NCBI GenBank assembly: GCA_021324875.1
Contig: JAJPIH010000110.1
Location: 1-56,763, forward strand
Source of the DNA: Alphaproteobacteria bacterium
Lineage (GTDB): Bacteria; Pseudomonadota; Alphaproteobacteria; ATCC43930; CGMCC-115725
Direction of reading: 5' to 3'
Length of the DNA: 56,763 bases
The notes under the pieces were generated by a model that made no database searches, was not told the DNA's origin, and saw only the letters and a list, made by a program, of their open reading frames with translations. This document shows positions 1-9,911 of the stretch, in pieces. The position numbers and the translations under genes are program-made. Numbering within the stretch: the first letter of the stretch is position 1; each line of letters begins with the position of its first letter.

Positions 1-494
1 GGCTCTACAAGACCCATGCGGGCGCGGTGCTGACGCGCTCGGGAGAGCGGCGTGATCCGGGCGTTCTCTACCTCCACTTCGCGCCGGGAGAGTCGATGGT
101 GGCGGCGGGGTTCTGGCATCCGCGGCCGGATTTGCTTGCCCGGCTGCGACGCGCGATCATCGCCGATCCGGACGGATTTTTGGACATGGCGGCGGCGCTG
201 GAGCGGGCCGGGCATCCCCTTTACAGCGACGACCGGCTCTCGCGTCCGCCGCGCGGCTTCGAAATCGCCAAGGGCACACCGATCGAAGACTATGTGGGGT
301 GGAAATCATTCACCGCGCATGCGGCTTTGAGTGATGCCGAACTGCAATCCCCGGCCGCTGTCGGGCGGGTTGTCGCCTTTGCCCGCTCGGCCATGCCGTT
401 GCTCGATTGGGGCTGGGCGGCGATCGACGATGACGGGCAGCCGCCGGTGGTCATCCGCGCCCCGGCTCGGCCGCTGCCGAAACCAGATTTTTGA
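1..494 (+). CDS. DUF2461 (TIGR02453) family protein, 5'-truncated by the window edge
   Basis: The frame is open from nt 3 (LYKTHAGA...). It carries family-typical motifs (PYKTH-like, GFWHP, PPRGF). Stop TGA at 492-494. Confidence 0.75.
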   Translation, partial: LYKTHAGAVLTRSGERRDPGVLYLHFAPGESMVAAGFWHPRPDLLARLRRAIIADPDGFLDMAAALERAGHPLYSDDRLSRPPRGFEIAKGTPIEDYVGWKSFTAHAALSDAELQSPAAVGRVVAFARSAMPLLDWGWAAIDDDGQPPVVIRAPARPLPKPDF

Positions 495-528
495 TGCGGA
501 GAACTGATGTGCTGTGCGGCGCCCGGTT

Positions 529-1308
529 TCACCGGCGCAAAACCAGCAGCTTCTTGATCTCGGCGATCGCCTTGGCCGGGTTGAGCCCTTTCGGGCAGGT
601 TCGGGTGCAGTTCATGATCGTGTGGCAACGGTAAAGTCGGAACGGGTCTTCGAGCGCGTCAAGCCGCTCGCCGGTCGCCTCGTCGCGGCTGTCGGCGATC
701 CAGCGATAAGCCTGCAGCAAAATCGCCGGACCGAGATAGCGGTCGCCGTTCCACCAATAGCTTGGGCAGGCGGTCGAGCAGCAGAAGCACAAGATGCATT
801 CCCACAAGCCATCGAGCTGGTCGCGCTCCTCGACCGATTGCGGATATTCACGGTCGGGCGGCGGCGGGCTCTCACTCTGCAGCCACGGTCGCACCGACCG
901 GTATTGCGCATAGACATGGCTCAAATCGGGCACGAGATCCTTGACCACCGGCATGTGCGGCAGCGGGTAGATCCGGACCGGACCGCGAATGTCCTCGATC
1001 GCTTTCAGGCAGGCCAGCGTGTTGACCCCGTCGATATTCATCGCGCAGGAGCCGCAAATCCCCTCGCGGCACGACCGGCGAAAGGTCAGGGTCGTGTCGA
1101 TCTCGTTCTTGATCTTGATCAGCGCGTCGAGCACCATCGGGCCGCACTGGTCGAGATCGAGCCAAAAGCTGTCGATGACCGGGTTTTTGCCGTCGTCGGG
1201 GCTCCACCGATAAATCCGGAATTGGCGCACGCGCTTGGCGCCGGGCGGCGCGGGAACCGTCTTGCCGACCCCGGGCTTCGAATTTGCCGGCAGGGTGAAT
1301 TCAGCCAT
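529..1308 (-). CDS. sdhB: succinate dehydrogenase iron-sulfur subunit
   Basis: 259 aa. Cys clusters [21 protein letters not shown] and [12 protein letters not shown] are diagnostic of the three Fe-S centres. It is the last gene of an sdhCDAB run. Confidence 0.95.
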   Translation of the reverse strand: MAEFTLPANSKPGVGKTVPAPPGAKRVRQFRIYRWSPDDGKNPVIDSFWLDLDQCGPMVLDALIKIKNEIDTTLTFRRSCREGICGSCAMNIDGVNTLACLKAIEDIRGPVRIYPLPHMPVVKDLVPDLSHVYAQYRSVRPWLQSESPPPPDREYPQSVEERDQLDGLWECILCFCCSTACPSYWWNGDRYLGPAILLQAYRWIADSRDEATGERLDALEDPFRLYRCHTIMNCTRTCPKGLNPAKAIAEIKKLLVLRR

Positions 1309-1524
1309 CGGGAAATTCCTGTTGCCTCACTTGCATAAAGGCGAGGCGCCCGCCGCCGGCGCGATCGTCGCCGAGCGTTCCCGGCCAACACGACCCCGTG
1401 CTGCCCGGGAAAGCCGCCGAGCCGCAATCCCCGCCGCGGCGATTTGGTACTGTTGAGCCATCTGATCGCCCGTCAGAGCGCGGCAAGAGTCAGAGCGCGG
1501 CAAGAGAATGCGCCTCGCCCGGCT

Positions 1525-3318
1525 TCAATAGACCCGGGCCTTGGGTGGAAACGCCTGCACCTCGTTCGATAAGGTGTAGAGATGCACCGGGCGGTGGCCG
1601 ATCCTGACCCGGCCGTCTGCGTCGAGCCAGCCGAGGGTGTGCTTGAGCCAGTTGACATCGTCACGCTCGGGATAATCTTCACGCGCATGCGCGCCGCGGC
1701 TCTCGGTCCGGTTATAGGCCGAATGCATGGTCACGACCGCCTGCTCGAGCAGATTTTCAAGCTCCAGCGCCTCGGCCAAGTCGCTGTTCCAGATCAGCGA
1801 GTGGTCGGTGATGCCAAGCTCGGCAAAACTTTGCGCAACGCGGTCGATTTTTTCGACCCCTTCTTTCAATATTTCGGCATTGCGGAATACCGCGCAATTG
1901 TTCTGCATCACCCGCTGCATCTCGAGCCGGATCTCGCCGGTCTTGCGCGGACCCCGGGCATGGCGCACGGCATCGAGGCGCGCGATGGCCGCCTCGCCGG
2001 CGGCGTCGGGCAGCGGCTTTTGCGGTGCGCCCGGGGTGATCAGCTCGGCGGCGCGATGTGCTGCGGCGCGGCCAAACACCACGATATCCAACAGCGAATT
2101 GCAGCCCAAGCGGTTGGCGCCGTGCACCGAGACGCAGGCCGCTTCACCAATCGCCATCAGCCCCGGGAAAACCCGCTCCGGATCGTCGGCCGACGGGTTC
2201 AGCACCTCGCCGTGATAATTGGTCGGGATCCCGCCCATGTCGTAATGGACCGTCGGCAAAACCGGGATCGGCTCGCGGGTCAAATCGACCCCGGCAAAGA
2301 TGCGGGCGGTCTCGGTGATGCCCGGCAACCGATGATGCAGCACCTCGGGTGAGAGATGTTCGAGATGCAGCAGGATATGGTCCTTGAGCGGCCCGCAACC
2401 GCGCCCCTCCCGGATCTCGATGGTCATCGACCGGCTGACGACGTCGCGCGAGGCGAGATCCTTGGCGTGCGGCGCATAACGCTCCATGAACCGCTCGCCT
2501 TCGCTGTTGGTCAGATAGCCGCCTTCGCCGCGCGCCCCCTCGGTGATCAGGCAGCCGGCGCCGTAGATCCCGGTCGGGTGGAATTGGACAAATTCCATGT
2601 CCTGCAGCGGCAGCCCGGCGCGCAATACCATCGCATTGCCGTCACCGGTGCAGGTGTGGGCCGAGGTGCAGGAGAAATAGGCGCGGCCGTAGCCGCCGGT
2701 GCCGAGGATCACAAGCTGCGCCCGGAAGCGGTGCAGGCTGCCATCGCCAAGATCCCACGCCATGACGCCGCGGCACACGCCCTCGTCGTCGATGATCAGG
2801 TCGAGCGCAAAATATTCGACGAAGAACTGGGCGTTGTGCTTCAGACACTGCTGGTAGAGCGTATGAATGATGGCGTGGCCGGTACGGTCGGCGGCCGCAC
2901 AGGCCCGCCTCGCCGGGTCGCCGTCGCCGTAATCGGTCATGTGGCCGCCGAACGGGCGCTGATAGATGCGGCCGGCCTCGGTGCGCGAAAACGGCACGCC
3001 GAAATGTTCGAGCTCGATGACCGCGGGGATCGCGTTCTTGCACATGTATTCGATGGCGTCCTGGTCGCCGAGCCAATCGGACCCCTTGACCGTGTCGTAC
3101 ATGTGCCAGCGCCAGTCATCGGCCTCCATGTTGCCGAGCGCCGCGGCGACGCCGCCCTGAGCCGCGACGGTATGGCTGCGGGTCGGGAACACCTTGGTCA
3201 GGCAGGCGGTGTTGAGCCCGGCGGCGGTGCAGCCCAGAGTTGCGCGCAGCCCGGCTCCGCCGGCGCCGACGACGACGACGTCATAGGTGTGATCGGTGAT
3301 CGGATACGCGGCGGGCAT
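1525..3318 (-). CDS. sdhA: succinate dehydrogenase flavoprotein subunit
   Basis: FAD fold [14 protein letters not shown] and [10 protein letters not shown]. Start set at ATG 3318, which follows a GGAGGTGGGG SD. The first 50 codons of the 647-aa track ORF overlap sdhD and are not used. Confidence 0.95.
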   Translation of the reverse strand: MPAAYPITDHTYDVVVVGAGGAGLRATLGCTAAGLNTACLTKVFPTRSHTVAAQGGVAAALGNMEADDWRWHMYDTVKGSDWLGDQDAIEYMCKNAIPAVIELEHFGVPFSRTEAGRIYQRPFGGHMTDYGDGDPARRACAAADRTGHAIIHTLYQQCLKHNAQFFVEYFALDLIIDDEGVCRGVMAWDLGDGSLHRFRAQLVILGTGGYGRAYFSCTSAHTCTGDGNAMVLRAGLPLQDMEFVQFHPTGIYGAGCLITEGARGEGGYLTNSEGERFMERYAPHAKDLASRDVVSRSMTIEIREGRGCGPLKDHILLHLEHLSPEVLHHRLPGITETARIFAGVDLTREPIPVLPTVHYDMGGIPTNYHGEVLNPSADDPERVFPGLMAIGEAACVSVHGANRLGCNSLLDIVVFGRAAAHRAAELITPGAPQKPLPDAAGEAAIARLDAVRHARGPRKTGEIRLEMQRVMQNNCAVFRNAEILKEGVEKIDRVAQSFAELGITDHSLIWNSDLAEALELENLLEQAVVTMHSAYNRTESRGAHAREDYPERDDVNWLKHTLGWLDADGRVRIGHRPVHLYTLSNEVQAFPPKARVY

Positions 3319-3349
3319 TGCCCCACCTCCTTTATCGCTCAGCGCTCGA

Positions 3350-3763
3350 CTAATCGGCGACACCCAGCGCCAGGCTGAGGACTGCGACAATGCCGGCGAT
3401 GGCGAGCGCGACACATACGAGCCGCACAACGACGACGCAGCCGATCCGGGCCAGTTCGCCGTGCACATAATCCTCGATCACAACCTGGAGGCCGAGCGCT
3501 GCATGGTAAAAGGTTGCGATCAGAAGCAGGACCAGCACAATCGCCGGCAGCGGCCGGCCAACCCAATCCTGCATCGTGTCGTAATCGGCGCCGACCACTC
3601 CGATCATCGCCGCGACAAACCACAGCGCCAGCGGCACCAAGGCCACCGCGGTAATTCGTTGCGCGATCCAGTGCTCGACACCTTCCTTGGCCGAACCAAG
3701 GCCGCGCGCTCGTCCCAAGGGCGAGCGCAGGCGGCTGGGCGGCGCGGTGCGGGCGCGCGACAT
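3350..3763 (-). CDS. sdhD: succinate dehydrogenase membrane anchor subunit
   Basis: 137 aa with three hydrophobic helices and a conserved His context ([11 protein letters not shown]). It lies between sdhC and sdhA. Confidence 0.85.
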   Translation of the reverse strand: MSRARTAPPSRLRSPLGRARGLGSAKEGVEHWIAQRITAVALVPLALWFVAAMIGVVGADYDTMQDWVGRPLPAIVLVLLLIATFYHAALGLQVVIEDYVHGELARIGCVVVVRLVCVALAIAGIVAVLSLALGVAD

Positions 3764-3769
3764 CGCGGC

Positions 3770-4195
3770 TCAGCCAACCCAATGCCAGATGCCCGCCACC
3801 CAGGCGATCGCGGTCAGCACCGTGCTCGCGCCAACCACCGCCCAGCCGCCGACATAGGTCGATCTAAGGTCGAGGGCATGGCCCGTATCCCAGACAAGGT
3901 GCCGGATGCCGTTGCACAAATGGTAGAACAGCGCCGCCGACCAGCCCAGCAGCAACAGCACGCCGAGCCAGGATCCGAGGAAATTCTGGACCGCATTATA
4001 GGCCTCGGGTACGCTGGCCGCGGCCACCAGCCACCAGACAAGCAGCACGCCGCCCGCGCTCAGTGCGATGCCGCTGGCGCGATGCAGGATCGACATGACC
4101 GAAGTCAGCTGCCAGCGGTAGATTTGAAGATGCGGCGATAATGGCCGCAATGCGGGTGTCAGGGCTGCCGGCTGTGAAGTCTTGTTATCGGCCAC
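3770..4195 (-). CDS. sdhC: succinate dehydrogenase cytochrome b556 subunit
   Basis: LSPHLQIYRWQLTSVMSILHRASG motif and three TM helices. There is no in-frame ATG, so the start is set at GTG 4195 behind a purine-rich SD. The start is uncertain. Confidence 0.8.
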   Translation of the reverse strand: MADNKTSQPAALTPALRPLSPHLQIYRWQLTSVMSILHRASGIALSAGGVLLVWWLVAAASVPEAYNAVQNFLGSWLGVLLLLGWSAALFYHLCNGIRHLVWDTGHALDLRSTYVGGWAVVGASTVLTAIAWVAGIWHWVG

Positions 4196-4355
4196 CGATA
4201 CTTCCTCGCCTTCTCTCAAACGGTACCCGGGCTGCGCATGCCGCAACCCTGTCCCGGCGCTGACCCCGGGCGGTCGCGGCCGGGAAATGAGGGATTGGCC
4301 GGCATTGCAGCCGCAACGAATGGGACATGGTCGCGACAAGCGCGCGGCGAGTGAC

Positions 4356-5303
4356 TTAGACCCCGTTCCGCGAGGTGTCAACGCAACCGGCCCGGCTTTC
4401 GCCCGCATCCGAACCCGATGGCCTATCGGCCTCTTCTATTTGGGCGATCGCTTCGGCGATTGCGACCACGCGGCGCGCTTCCTCGACATGCAGATTTTCG
4501 ACGAGTCGGCCGTCGACGAGCGCGACACCAGCGCTGCGCGCGGTCGCCTCGGCATGGGCGGCAATCACGCGGCGCGCCCAGGCGAGTTCGCTTGCCGCCG
4601 GAGCGAAGACCCGGTTGGCGATTTCGATCTGGCTCGGATGGATCAAGGTCTTGCCGTCAAAACCGAGTGCCTTGCCCTGTTCGCAGGCTTCGGCAAAACC
4701 CTCGTGGTCGGCGATGTCGAGGTGAACACCGTCGAGGGCCGCCTGGCCATAGGCGCGTGCCGCAAGCAGCAGCAGCCCGAGCGCCGTCGCCACTGGCCCG
4801 CGCTCGCGGGTGTGCCGGGCATGGAGTTCCTTGGTCAGGTCGGAAGTGCCGGCGACGAGGGCGGTCACCCGGGGGTTGGCTGCGGCGATTTCTGCGGCTG
4901 CGAGAATGCCGCGCGGCGTTTCCAGCATGCACCACAGCTCGAGGCTGGCGGGCGCCCCGGCGCGGTCGAGGGCGGCGACGGCATCATCGACCTGTCCGGC
5001 CCGCTCGACCTTCGGCAGCAGCACCGCGTCGAGCGGCATGGTTGCGGCGGCGGCGAGATCGGCTTCTCCCCAGGCGGTGGACAGCGCGTTGACGCGGAGC
5101 ACCCGCTCGCGCCGGCCGTAGCCGCCGGCGGCGAGCGCTGCGGCAGCGGCGATACGGGCCTCGGCCTTTGCGCCCGGGGCGACCGCGTCCTCAAGATCGA
5201 AGATCAACCCATCGGCGGGCAGGTCGCGGGCGCGCTCGAGCGCCCGCCGATTGGACCCCGGCACAAAGAGGATGCTGCGGCGCGGGCGGTAGGTGGGCGG
5301 CAT
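4356..5303 (-). CDS. HpcH/HpaI aldolase / citrate lyase beta (CitE)-like CoA-ester lyase or malyl-CoA thioesterase-type protein
   Basis: N-terminus RSILFVPGSN...DLEDAV is typical of the CitE/HpcH family. ATG 5303 follows GAGGGA. Confidence 0.8.
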   Translation of the reverse strand: MPPTYRPRRSILFVPGSNRRALERARDLPADGLIFDLEDAVAPGAKAEARIAAAAALAAGGYGRRERVLRVNALSTAWGEADLAAAATMPLDAVLLPKVERAGQVDDAVAALDRAGAPASLELWCMLETPRGILAAAEIAAANPRVTALVAGTSDLTKELHARHTRERGPVATALGLLLLAARAYGQAALDGVHLDIADHEGFAEACEQGKALGFDGKTLIHPSQIEIANRVFAPAASELAWARRVIAAHAEATARSAGVALVDGRLVENLHVEEARRVVAIAEAIAQIEEADRPSGSDAGESRAGCVDTSRNGV

Positions 5304-5455
5304 TCGATATCCCTCAGCAAGCCTGGGCGGCGGGCCAGCCATTGTCGCGCCCTGGGAGTGCCCGCTCGCGCGCCAGCGTGCACCGCCGATAGCCTCTGCC
5401 TCTCTTTGATCGCGCCGGCTCGGGATTTGCCATGCCGACCCGCCGCGGGCGGCGC

Positions 5456-5875
5456 TCAGTCATTTGGCGGCAAGCGGCGCGGTCGCCGGTCCGCGCCGAT
5501 GGCTACATAGGTGAAGATCGCCTGCGTCACCTTGCGCACCTCGCCCGAGGCGAGGTTGCGCCGCCAAGCTTCGATCCGGGTCGTAATTGAGCTGCGCCCG
5601 GTCCGGATGATTTCGCCATAGCAGCTGACTTCGTCGCCGACCAGCACCGGCTCGTGAAACACCATGCCGTCGACCGCGACCGTGGCGCAACGCCCCCGCG
5701 CCCGCCGCATCGCAAGATTGCCGCCGGCCAGATCCATTTGTGCGAGCAGCCAGCCGCCGAAGATGTCGCCATTGGGATTGGCGTCGGCAGGCATTGCCGT
5801 GACCCGGATCAACGGCGCCTGCTGCGGCAGCGCGGCAGATGCATTTGCCGGGTTGCGCGCGTCGCTCACCGCCAT
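5456..5875 (-). CDS. acyl-CoA thioesterase, hotdog fold (YciA-like)
   Basis: 139 aa. The motif NPNGDIFGGWLLAQMD...VAVDGMVFHEPV is typical of YciA-type thioesterases. Confidence 0.8.
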   Translation of the reverse strand: MAVSDARNPANASAALPQQAPLIRVTAMPADANPNGDIFGGWLLAQMDLAGGNLAMRRARGRCATVAVDGMVFHEPVLVGDEVSCYGEIIRTGRSSITTRIEAWRRNLASGEVRKVTQAIFTYVAIGADRRPRRLPPND

Positions 5876-5945
5876 CCCTTTTCTGCTCGTGGAGCCAAAC
5901 CGCTACGCCTATCATGAGCGCTGCCGGTCAACCCCGCCGGGGAGG

Positions 5946-5975
5946 ATGACAAGCGCGCTCGCCTATCCATATAGC
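5946..5975 (+). promoter_or_regulatory. candidate sigma70-like promoter (ATGACA-N16-CATATA)
   Basis: The hexamer pair lies about 40 nt upstream of ATG 6014. This is a pattern match only. Confidence 0.3.
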
Positions 5976-6013
5976 ACTGTTGCGGAGCTCCGGGCCGGCA
6001 AAAGGAGGCAGAG

Positions 6014-6655
6014 ATGCGGTCGGATGTGAGGCTGGGTCGGTTGCGGCGCATCGCGTTCGCCGCAACCGGATTGCTGGCCGGAATCGGGGTCACGGGTCAG
6101 AGTTTGGCGCCGGCGACCGCACAAACCTATTCCTATTCCCAGCCCTATTCTTCCTCCCAACCCTATCCCAATACAACGACGCCGAATTATTCATATCCGC
6201 AGTCAAACACCGCAACGCACTCCTATCAGCAACCTTACTACAATTACTACAACCAGTCTCCGAGCGGCGGTTACGGCTATGGTTCGACCTGGTCCGGCAG
6301 CGGTTGGGCCACGCCCTATTACAGCTGGGGCTGGCCGTGGTGGGGCTGGTCGCCGTGGTGGTATGCCGGATGGTGGGGTTGGCCCGGCTACTGGCCGGTC
6401 ACGCTCGCTTGGTGGGGCGGCTGGTGGGGGCCCTGGTGGTGGGGCCGCGGCTGTTGTTGGGGTTGGCGTGGCGGCTGGGGCTGGGGCGGCTGGCGCGGGG
6501 GTTGGGGCTACGCCCATGCCGGCTGGGGCGGATGGCATGGCGGTTGGGCCGGTGGCGGCTGGCACGGGGGTGGCTGGCACGGCGGTGGCTGGCACGGCGG
6601 TGGCTGGCATGGAGGCGGCTGGGGCGGGGGTCATGGCGGCGGCGGGCATCGCTAG
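6014..6655 (+). CDS. secreted Trp/Gly/His-rich low-complexity protein (no recognised family)
   Basis: SD AAGGAGG sits 5 nt before the ATG. The N-terminus looks like a signal peptide (..[18 protein letters not shown]). A Y/S/Q/P/N-rich segment follows, then a W/G block, then HGGGW x4. Other frames are also open through the repeat, so the frame call rests on the SD and the signal peptide. Confidence 0.6.
   Translation: MRSDVRLGRLRRIAFAATGLLAGIGVTGQSLAPATAQTYSYSQPYSSSQPYPNTTTPNYSYPQSNTATHSYQQPYYNYYNQSPSGGYGYGSTWSGSGWATPYYSWGWPWWGWSPWWYAGWWGWPGYWPVTLAWWGGWWGPWWWGRGCCWGWRGGWGWGGWRGGWGYAHAGWGGWHGGWAGGGWHGGGWHGGGWHGGGWHGGGWGGGHGGGGHR
6563..6622 (+). repeat. four tandem 15-bp units (CACGGxGGTGGCTGG) encoding HGGGW
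   Basis: Read directly from the sequence. Degenerate GGW/GGH units continue on both sides. Confidence 0.9.
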
Positions 6656-6678
6656 CCTTGCTATCTCCCGGAAATGCG

Positions 6679-7644
6679 ATGCGCCGGCTCGACCCCTATC
6701 TCGATCAGGTTCTGTACGAAGCCTCGATCGCCGAACTGCCCAACTATTACCGCGGTAAGGTTCGCGACAATTACGACCTTCGCGATGGCCGTCGCATCAT
6801 CATCGCGACCGACCGATTGAGCGCCTTTGACCGGATCGTGACGGCGATCCCGCTCAAGGGACAGGCCTTGACCGCGATCGCCCGGTTCTGGTTCGACGCC
6901 ACCCGTGACATTTGCCCCAACCACGTTCTCGAATACCCTGATCCCAACGTCCTCGTTGGCCGGCGGTTGTCGATGTTGCCGGTCGAGATCGTCGTCCGCG
7001 ATTATCTGACCGGCACCACCGCCACTTCGATCTGGCCGATGTATCGCGCCGGCCAGCGGCAGGTTTACGGCGTGCGGCTTCCCGACGGGTTGCGCCATAA
7101 CCAAAAGCTGCCGGCGACGATCCTGACGCCGACGACCAAAGCCGGCGAGGGCGGCCATGACGAGCCATTAACACCGGACGAGATTGTGGCGCGCCAATTG
7201 CTGACCCGCGAGCAATGGGAGAATGTCCAGAGTGTGGCTTTGGCGCTGTTTGCGCGCGGCCGCGAGATCGCCGCCCGTCGCGGCCTGATCCTGGTCGATA
7301 CCAAATATGAATTCGGCCTTGACGAAAGCGGCGCAATCGTGCTCGCCGACGAGATCCACACCCCGGACAGCAGCCGCTATTGGCTTGCCGCGAGCTACGC
7401 GCGCCGGTTTGCGGCAGACGAAGCGCCCGACAGCCTCGACAAGGATGTCGTCAGGGCCTGGGTGACGGCGCGATGCGACCCGTATCGCGAGCCGATCCCG
7501 CCGATCCCGCGCGACATCGTGGCCGAAGCGGCGCGGCTCTATATCGAAGTGTGCGAGACGATCAGCGGCGCGCCCTTTGCTTTCCCGGACCCGGGAGTGC
7601 CGATCATCGACCGCATCCGCGCCAATCTCGCGCGCTATTTCTAA
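6679..7644 (+). CDS. purC: phosphoribosylaminoimidazole-succinocarboxamide (SAICAR) synthase, long form
   Basis: Motifs [16 protein letters not shown] and LVDTKYEFG. Start set at ATG 6679, because the upstream part of the 554-aa track ORF is an alternate frame of the W/G gene. Confidence 0.9.
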   Translation: MRRLDPYLDQVLYEASIAELPNYYRGKVRDNYDLRDGRRIIIATDRLSAFDRIVTAIPLKGQALTAIARFWFDATRDICPNHVLEYPDPNVLVGRRLSMLPVEIVVRDYLTGTTATSIWPMYRAGQRQVYGVRLPDGLRHNQKLPATILTPTTKAGEGGHDEPLTPDEIVARQLLTREQWENVQSVALALFARGREIAARRGLILVDTKYEFGLDESGAIVLADEIHTPDSSRYWLAASYARRFAADEAPDSLDKDVVRAWVTARCDPYREPIPPIPRDIVAEAARLYIEVCETISGAPFAFPDPGVPIIDRIRANLARYF

Positions 7645-7821
7645 GCGCGCCGCTCGGCGAATTCGCGCGCCGATTGCGGGCTCTGACGGTGTTGACGGCG
7701 CGATTATCCCGGTAAATCCGTCGGATTTGCGTGCCTGGGCGGCGCGTATTAGGCTGTTGCCCGGACGGCTGAGGGTGCCCGCGGCACACCTCGCCCGCCC
7801 GGCCGAGCAAGGAGGTACGAG

Positions 7822-8232
7822 ATGGCCAAACTCCGACATATCGCGCTGACCACCCATGACCCGGACAAGACGGCGGCCTTCTACAAAAAAGCCTTCGGCA
7901 TGCGCGAAATCCGGCGCAACCCACGCGGTGCGGTATTTTTGACCGATGGCTACATCAACATGGCGATCCTCAATTTCAAAACCGAAAAAGACCCGGATGT
8001 CGGCGCACACGGACCGAATTTCAGCGGCATCCACCATTTCGGCTTCGAAGTCGACGATCTCGACGAGGCGGTGGCACGGATTGAACAAGCCGACGGCCGG
8101 CAATTGACCGCCAAAGACGGTCTCGACATGGAGATGGCGCCCGGCGCCCACCGCAATTTCGAGATGAAATGGGCCGGTCCTGACGGCGTCGTAATCGATA
8201 TCTCGCATACCGGCTGGGACAACGGGTCATGA
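7822..8232 (+). CDS. VOC (glyoxalase/bleomycin-resistance/dioxygenase) family protein
   Basis: 136 aa. N-terminus LRHIALTT.D..KTAAFYKKAFGM and GIHHFGFEVDD are typical VOC motifs. GGAGG SD. Confidence 0.85.
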   Translation: MAKLRHIALTTHDPDKTAAFYKKAFGMREIRRNPRGAVFLTDGYINMAILNFKTEKDPDVGAHGPNFSGIHHFGFEVDDLDEAVARIEQADGRQLTAKDGLDMEMAPGAHRNFEMKWAGPDGVVIDISHTGWDNGS

Positions 8233-9203
8233 CCGCGAACATCACCATCTGTATCGGCACCGTCGGCAGCGGCGCTTGGACCAGCGAGGATGGCGGCGCG
8301 TGTTGGCGCCGGGTCGGCCGCGGGGTCGGCAATGAAAGCCGGGTCTATGGCGTGGCGGTTCATCCGCGCGAGCCGCGCACGGTGTTTCTCGGCGCCGATG
8401 ACGGCCTCTATAAGAGCCTCGATGGCGGCCGCAGCTTTGAACATATCGACTCGCCGATGAACCGGATGGACGTCTGGAAGATCGCCTTTGACCCGCGCGA
8501 CCCCGACACCGTCTTCGCCGGGACCCGGCCCGCCGCGCTGTTCCGTTCGCATGATGGCGGCCGCAGCTGGCGGAAATTGCCGGTCGATATGGTCGAGGAA
8601 TGCCCGAATGTCGGGGTGCCGCGGGTCACCGCGCTTGCGGTCGATCCGGCCGACAGCCGCGTCGTCTGGGCCGGGGTCGAGGTCGACGGCGTCCGCCGCA
8701 GTCTCGACGGGGGCGAGACCTGGACGCGGATAACGGGCGGGCTCAGTGACCCCGACATCCATGATGTCGCGGTGCGCGCCTCGGGAAATAGCCGGACGGT
8801 CTGGACCAGCACACCGCGCGAGATCTTCGCCAGCCTCGACACCGGCGAGAGCTGGCAGGGACTTGGCGTCAGCCAGCAATTCAGCCTGCCCTATTGTCGT
8901 GGGCTGGCGGTCAAGAGCGATGATCCCGACACGGTGTTCGTGGCCACCGGCGACGGGGCGGCGGGGACGACGGGCGCCATTCAGCGGTCGACCGATGGCG
9001 GCAAGAGCTGGCGACAGCTGCCGCTGCCGGATCGGCCGAACTCGCCGATCTGGGCATTTGCGACCCACACCGCCGATCCCGGGCTGGTTCTCGCATGCAG
9101 CCATTACGGCGAGCTCTACGCCAGTGACAATGCCGGCGACAGTTGGAGCAAGCTGCCGCGTGAGTTTACCGAGATCCGCAGCCTCGTCTGGACGCCGAAC
9201 TGA
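8229..9203 (+). CDS. BNR/Asp-box (sialidase/Ycf48-like beta-propeller) repeat protein
   Basis: SxDGGxxW-type repeats recur (SEDGGACW, SLDGGRSF, SHDGGRSW, SLDGGETW, STDGGKSW, SDNAGDSW). The start overlaps the VOC stop (ATGA). No obvious signal peptide. Confidence 0.75.
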   Translation: MTANITICIGTVGSGAWTSEDGGACWRRVGRGVGNESRVYGVAVHPREPRTVFLGADDGLYKSLDGGRSFEHIDSPMNRMDVWKIAFDPRDPDTVFAGTRPAALFRSHDGGRSWRKLPVDMVEECPNVGVPRVTALAVDPADSRVVWAGVEVDGVRRSLDGGETWTRITGGLSDPDIHDVAVRASGNSRTVWTSTPREIFASLDTGESWQGLGVSQQFSLPYCRGLAVKSDDPDTVFVATGDGAAGTTGAIQRSTDGGKSWRQLPLPDRPNSPIWAFATHTADPGLVLACSHYGELYASDNAGDSWSKLPREFTEIRSLVWTPN

Positions 9204-9279
9204 GCGGGCGCCGCACGCCGGGGTTCGCGCTGTCGGCCAGGCGGTTGCGGCGCTCGTCATTTGCCTGACGGGCGTGGCA

Positions 9280-9870
9280 ATGACCCCGCTGCCGCCGGTC
9301 ACGCCGGCGGCGGTGTGGCGCCCCGCCGCGGGCTTCATGGAGCGCTTTCACCGCCGCTGTGACGGACGTCAAGGCGCGGCGTTTGACGCCTGCTTCGCGG
9401 CAGAGATGGCCGCCGCCGGCGCCTCGCCCGCGGCCCTCGATTTCACCCGGCGCCTCGACAATGAAGGCTTTCTCGCGGCTCTCGACCCGACCGGCGGTCG
9501 GGTCTCGGTGGCCCATGTCGCCTACCCGTTCCGCGCCAATCAGAACGAGGCTTGGCTTCTGGTCAACGGTTCGCCACCGTTGATCGATGTCGACGATTTT
9601 GATCGCCTGGATTTGACCCAGCTCGACGCCTCACCGGTTTACCGGACCATCCGCAGACGCTACCCGAACGCCATGCTCTGGCCAGGACAGCGCGGTCCCG
9701 CCGGCCCCGAGGTGGGGGATGGCGGACGCGAGATCGTGGTCGGCTATCTACTGCGCGATTTGTGCCATGCTTGTGCAATTGTCGGGCGGGTGCGATTTGC
9801 GTTCGAATTCGGCAACGACGGTCGCTTTCTCGGCGCAAAATTACGCGCGGTGACGCCGGCGGCCAAATAA
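9280..9870 (+). CDS. hypothetical protein
   Basis: This is the distal part of the 374-aa track ORF. The proximal part overlaps the BNR gene in another frame. First ATG after the BNR stop is 9280; GTG 9274 is also possible. No family recognised. Confidence 0.45.
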   Translation: MTPLPPVTPAAVWRPAAGFMERFHRRCDGRQGAAFDACFAAEMAAAGASPAALDFTRRLDNEGFLAALDPTGGRVSVAHVAYPFRANQNEAWLLVNGSPPLIDVDDFDRLDLTQLDASPVYRTIRRRYPNAMLWPGQRGPAGPEVGDGGREIVVGYLLRDLCHACAIVGRVRFAFEFGNDGRFLGAKLRAVTPAAK

Positions 9871-9911
9871 GTTGAGCGGCCCTTGGGCGCGGCCGGCTCC
9901 CGTCGCCAAGC

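Noticed and set aside
6203-6649. A minus-strand 148-aa Pro/Ala/Thr-rich ORF antisense to the W/G gene
   Set aside because: It is the reverse-complement reading of the same repeat (CCA/GCC). It has no SD or start context and is a typical repeat-shadow frame.
5980-7644. A 554-aa ORF that suggests a very long PurC with a Leu/Arg/Trp-rich N-terminal extension
   Set aside because: The first 230 codons or so are simply another open frame of the GGC/TGG repeat. PurC homology begins at MRRLDPY (ATG 6679). The overlapping frame from 6014 has the strong SD and a signal peptide.
8746-9279. The proximal half of the 374-aa ORF 8746..9870
   Set aside because: It overlaps the BNR-repeat gene out of frame. 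Only the part after the BNR stop was kept as a possible CDS.
7168-9338. Long minus-strand ORFs (346 and 462 aa) across purC, the VOC gene and the BNR gene
   Set aside because: They are antisense to genes with clear family motifs, have low-complexity Arg/Ala/Gly-rich products, and lack plausible starts.
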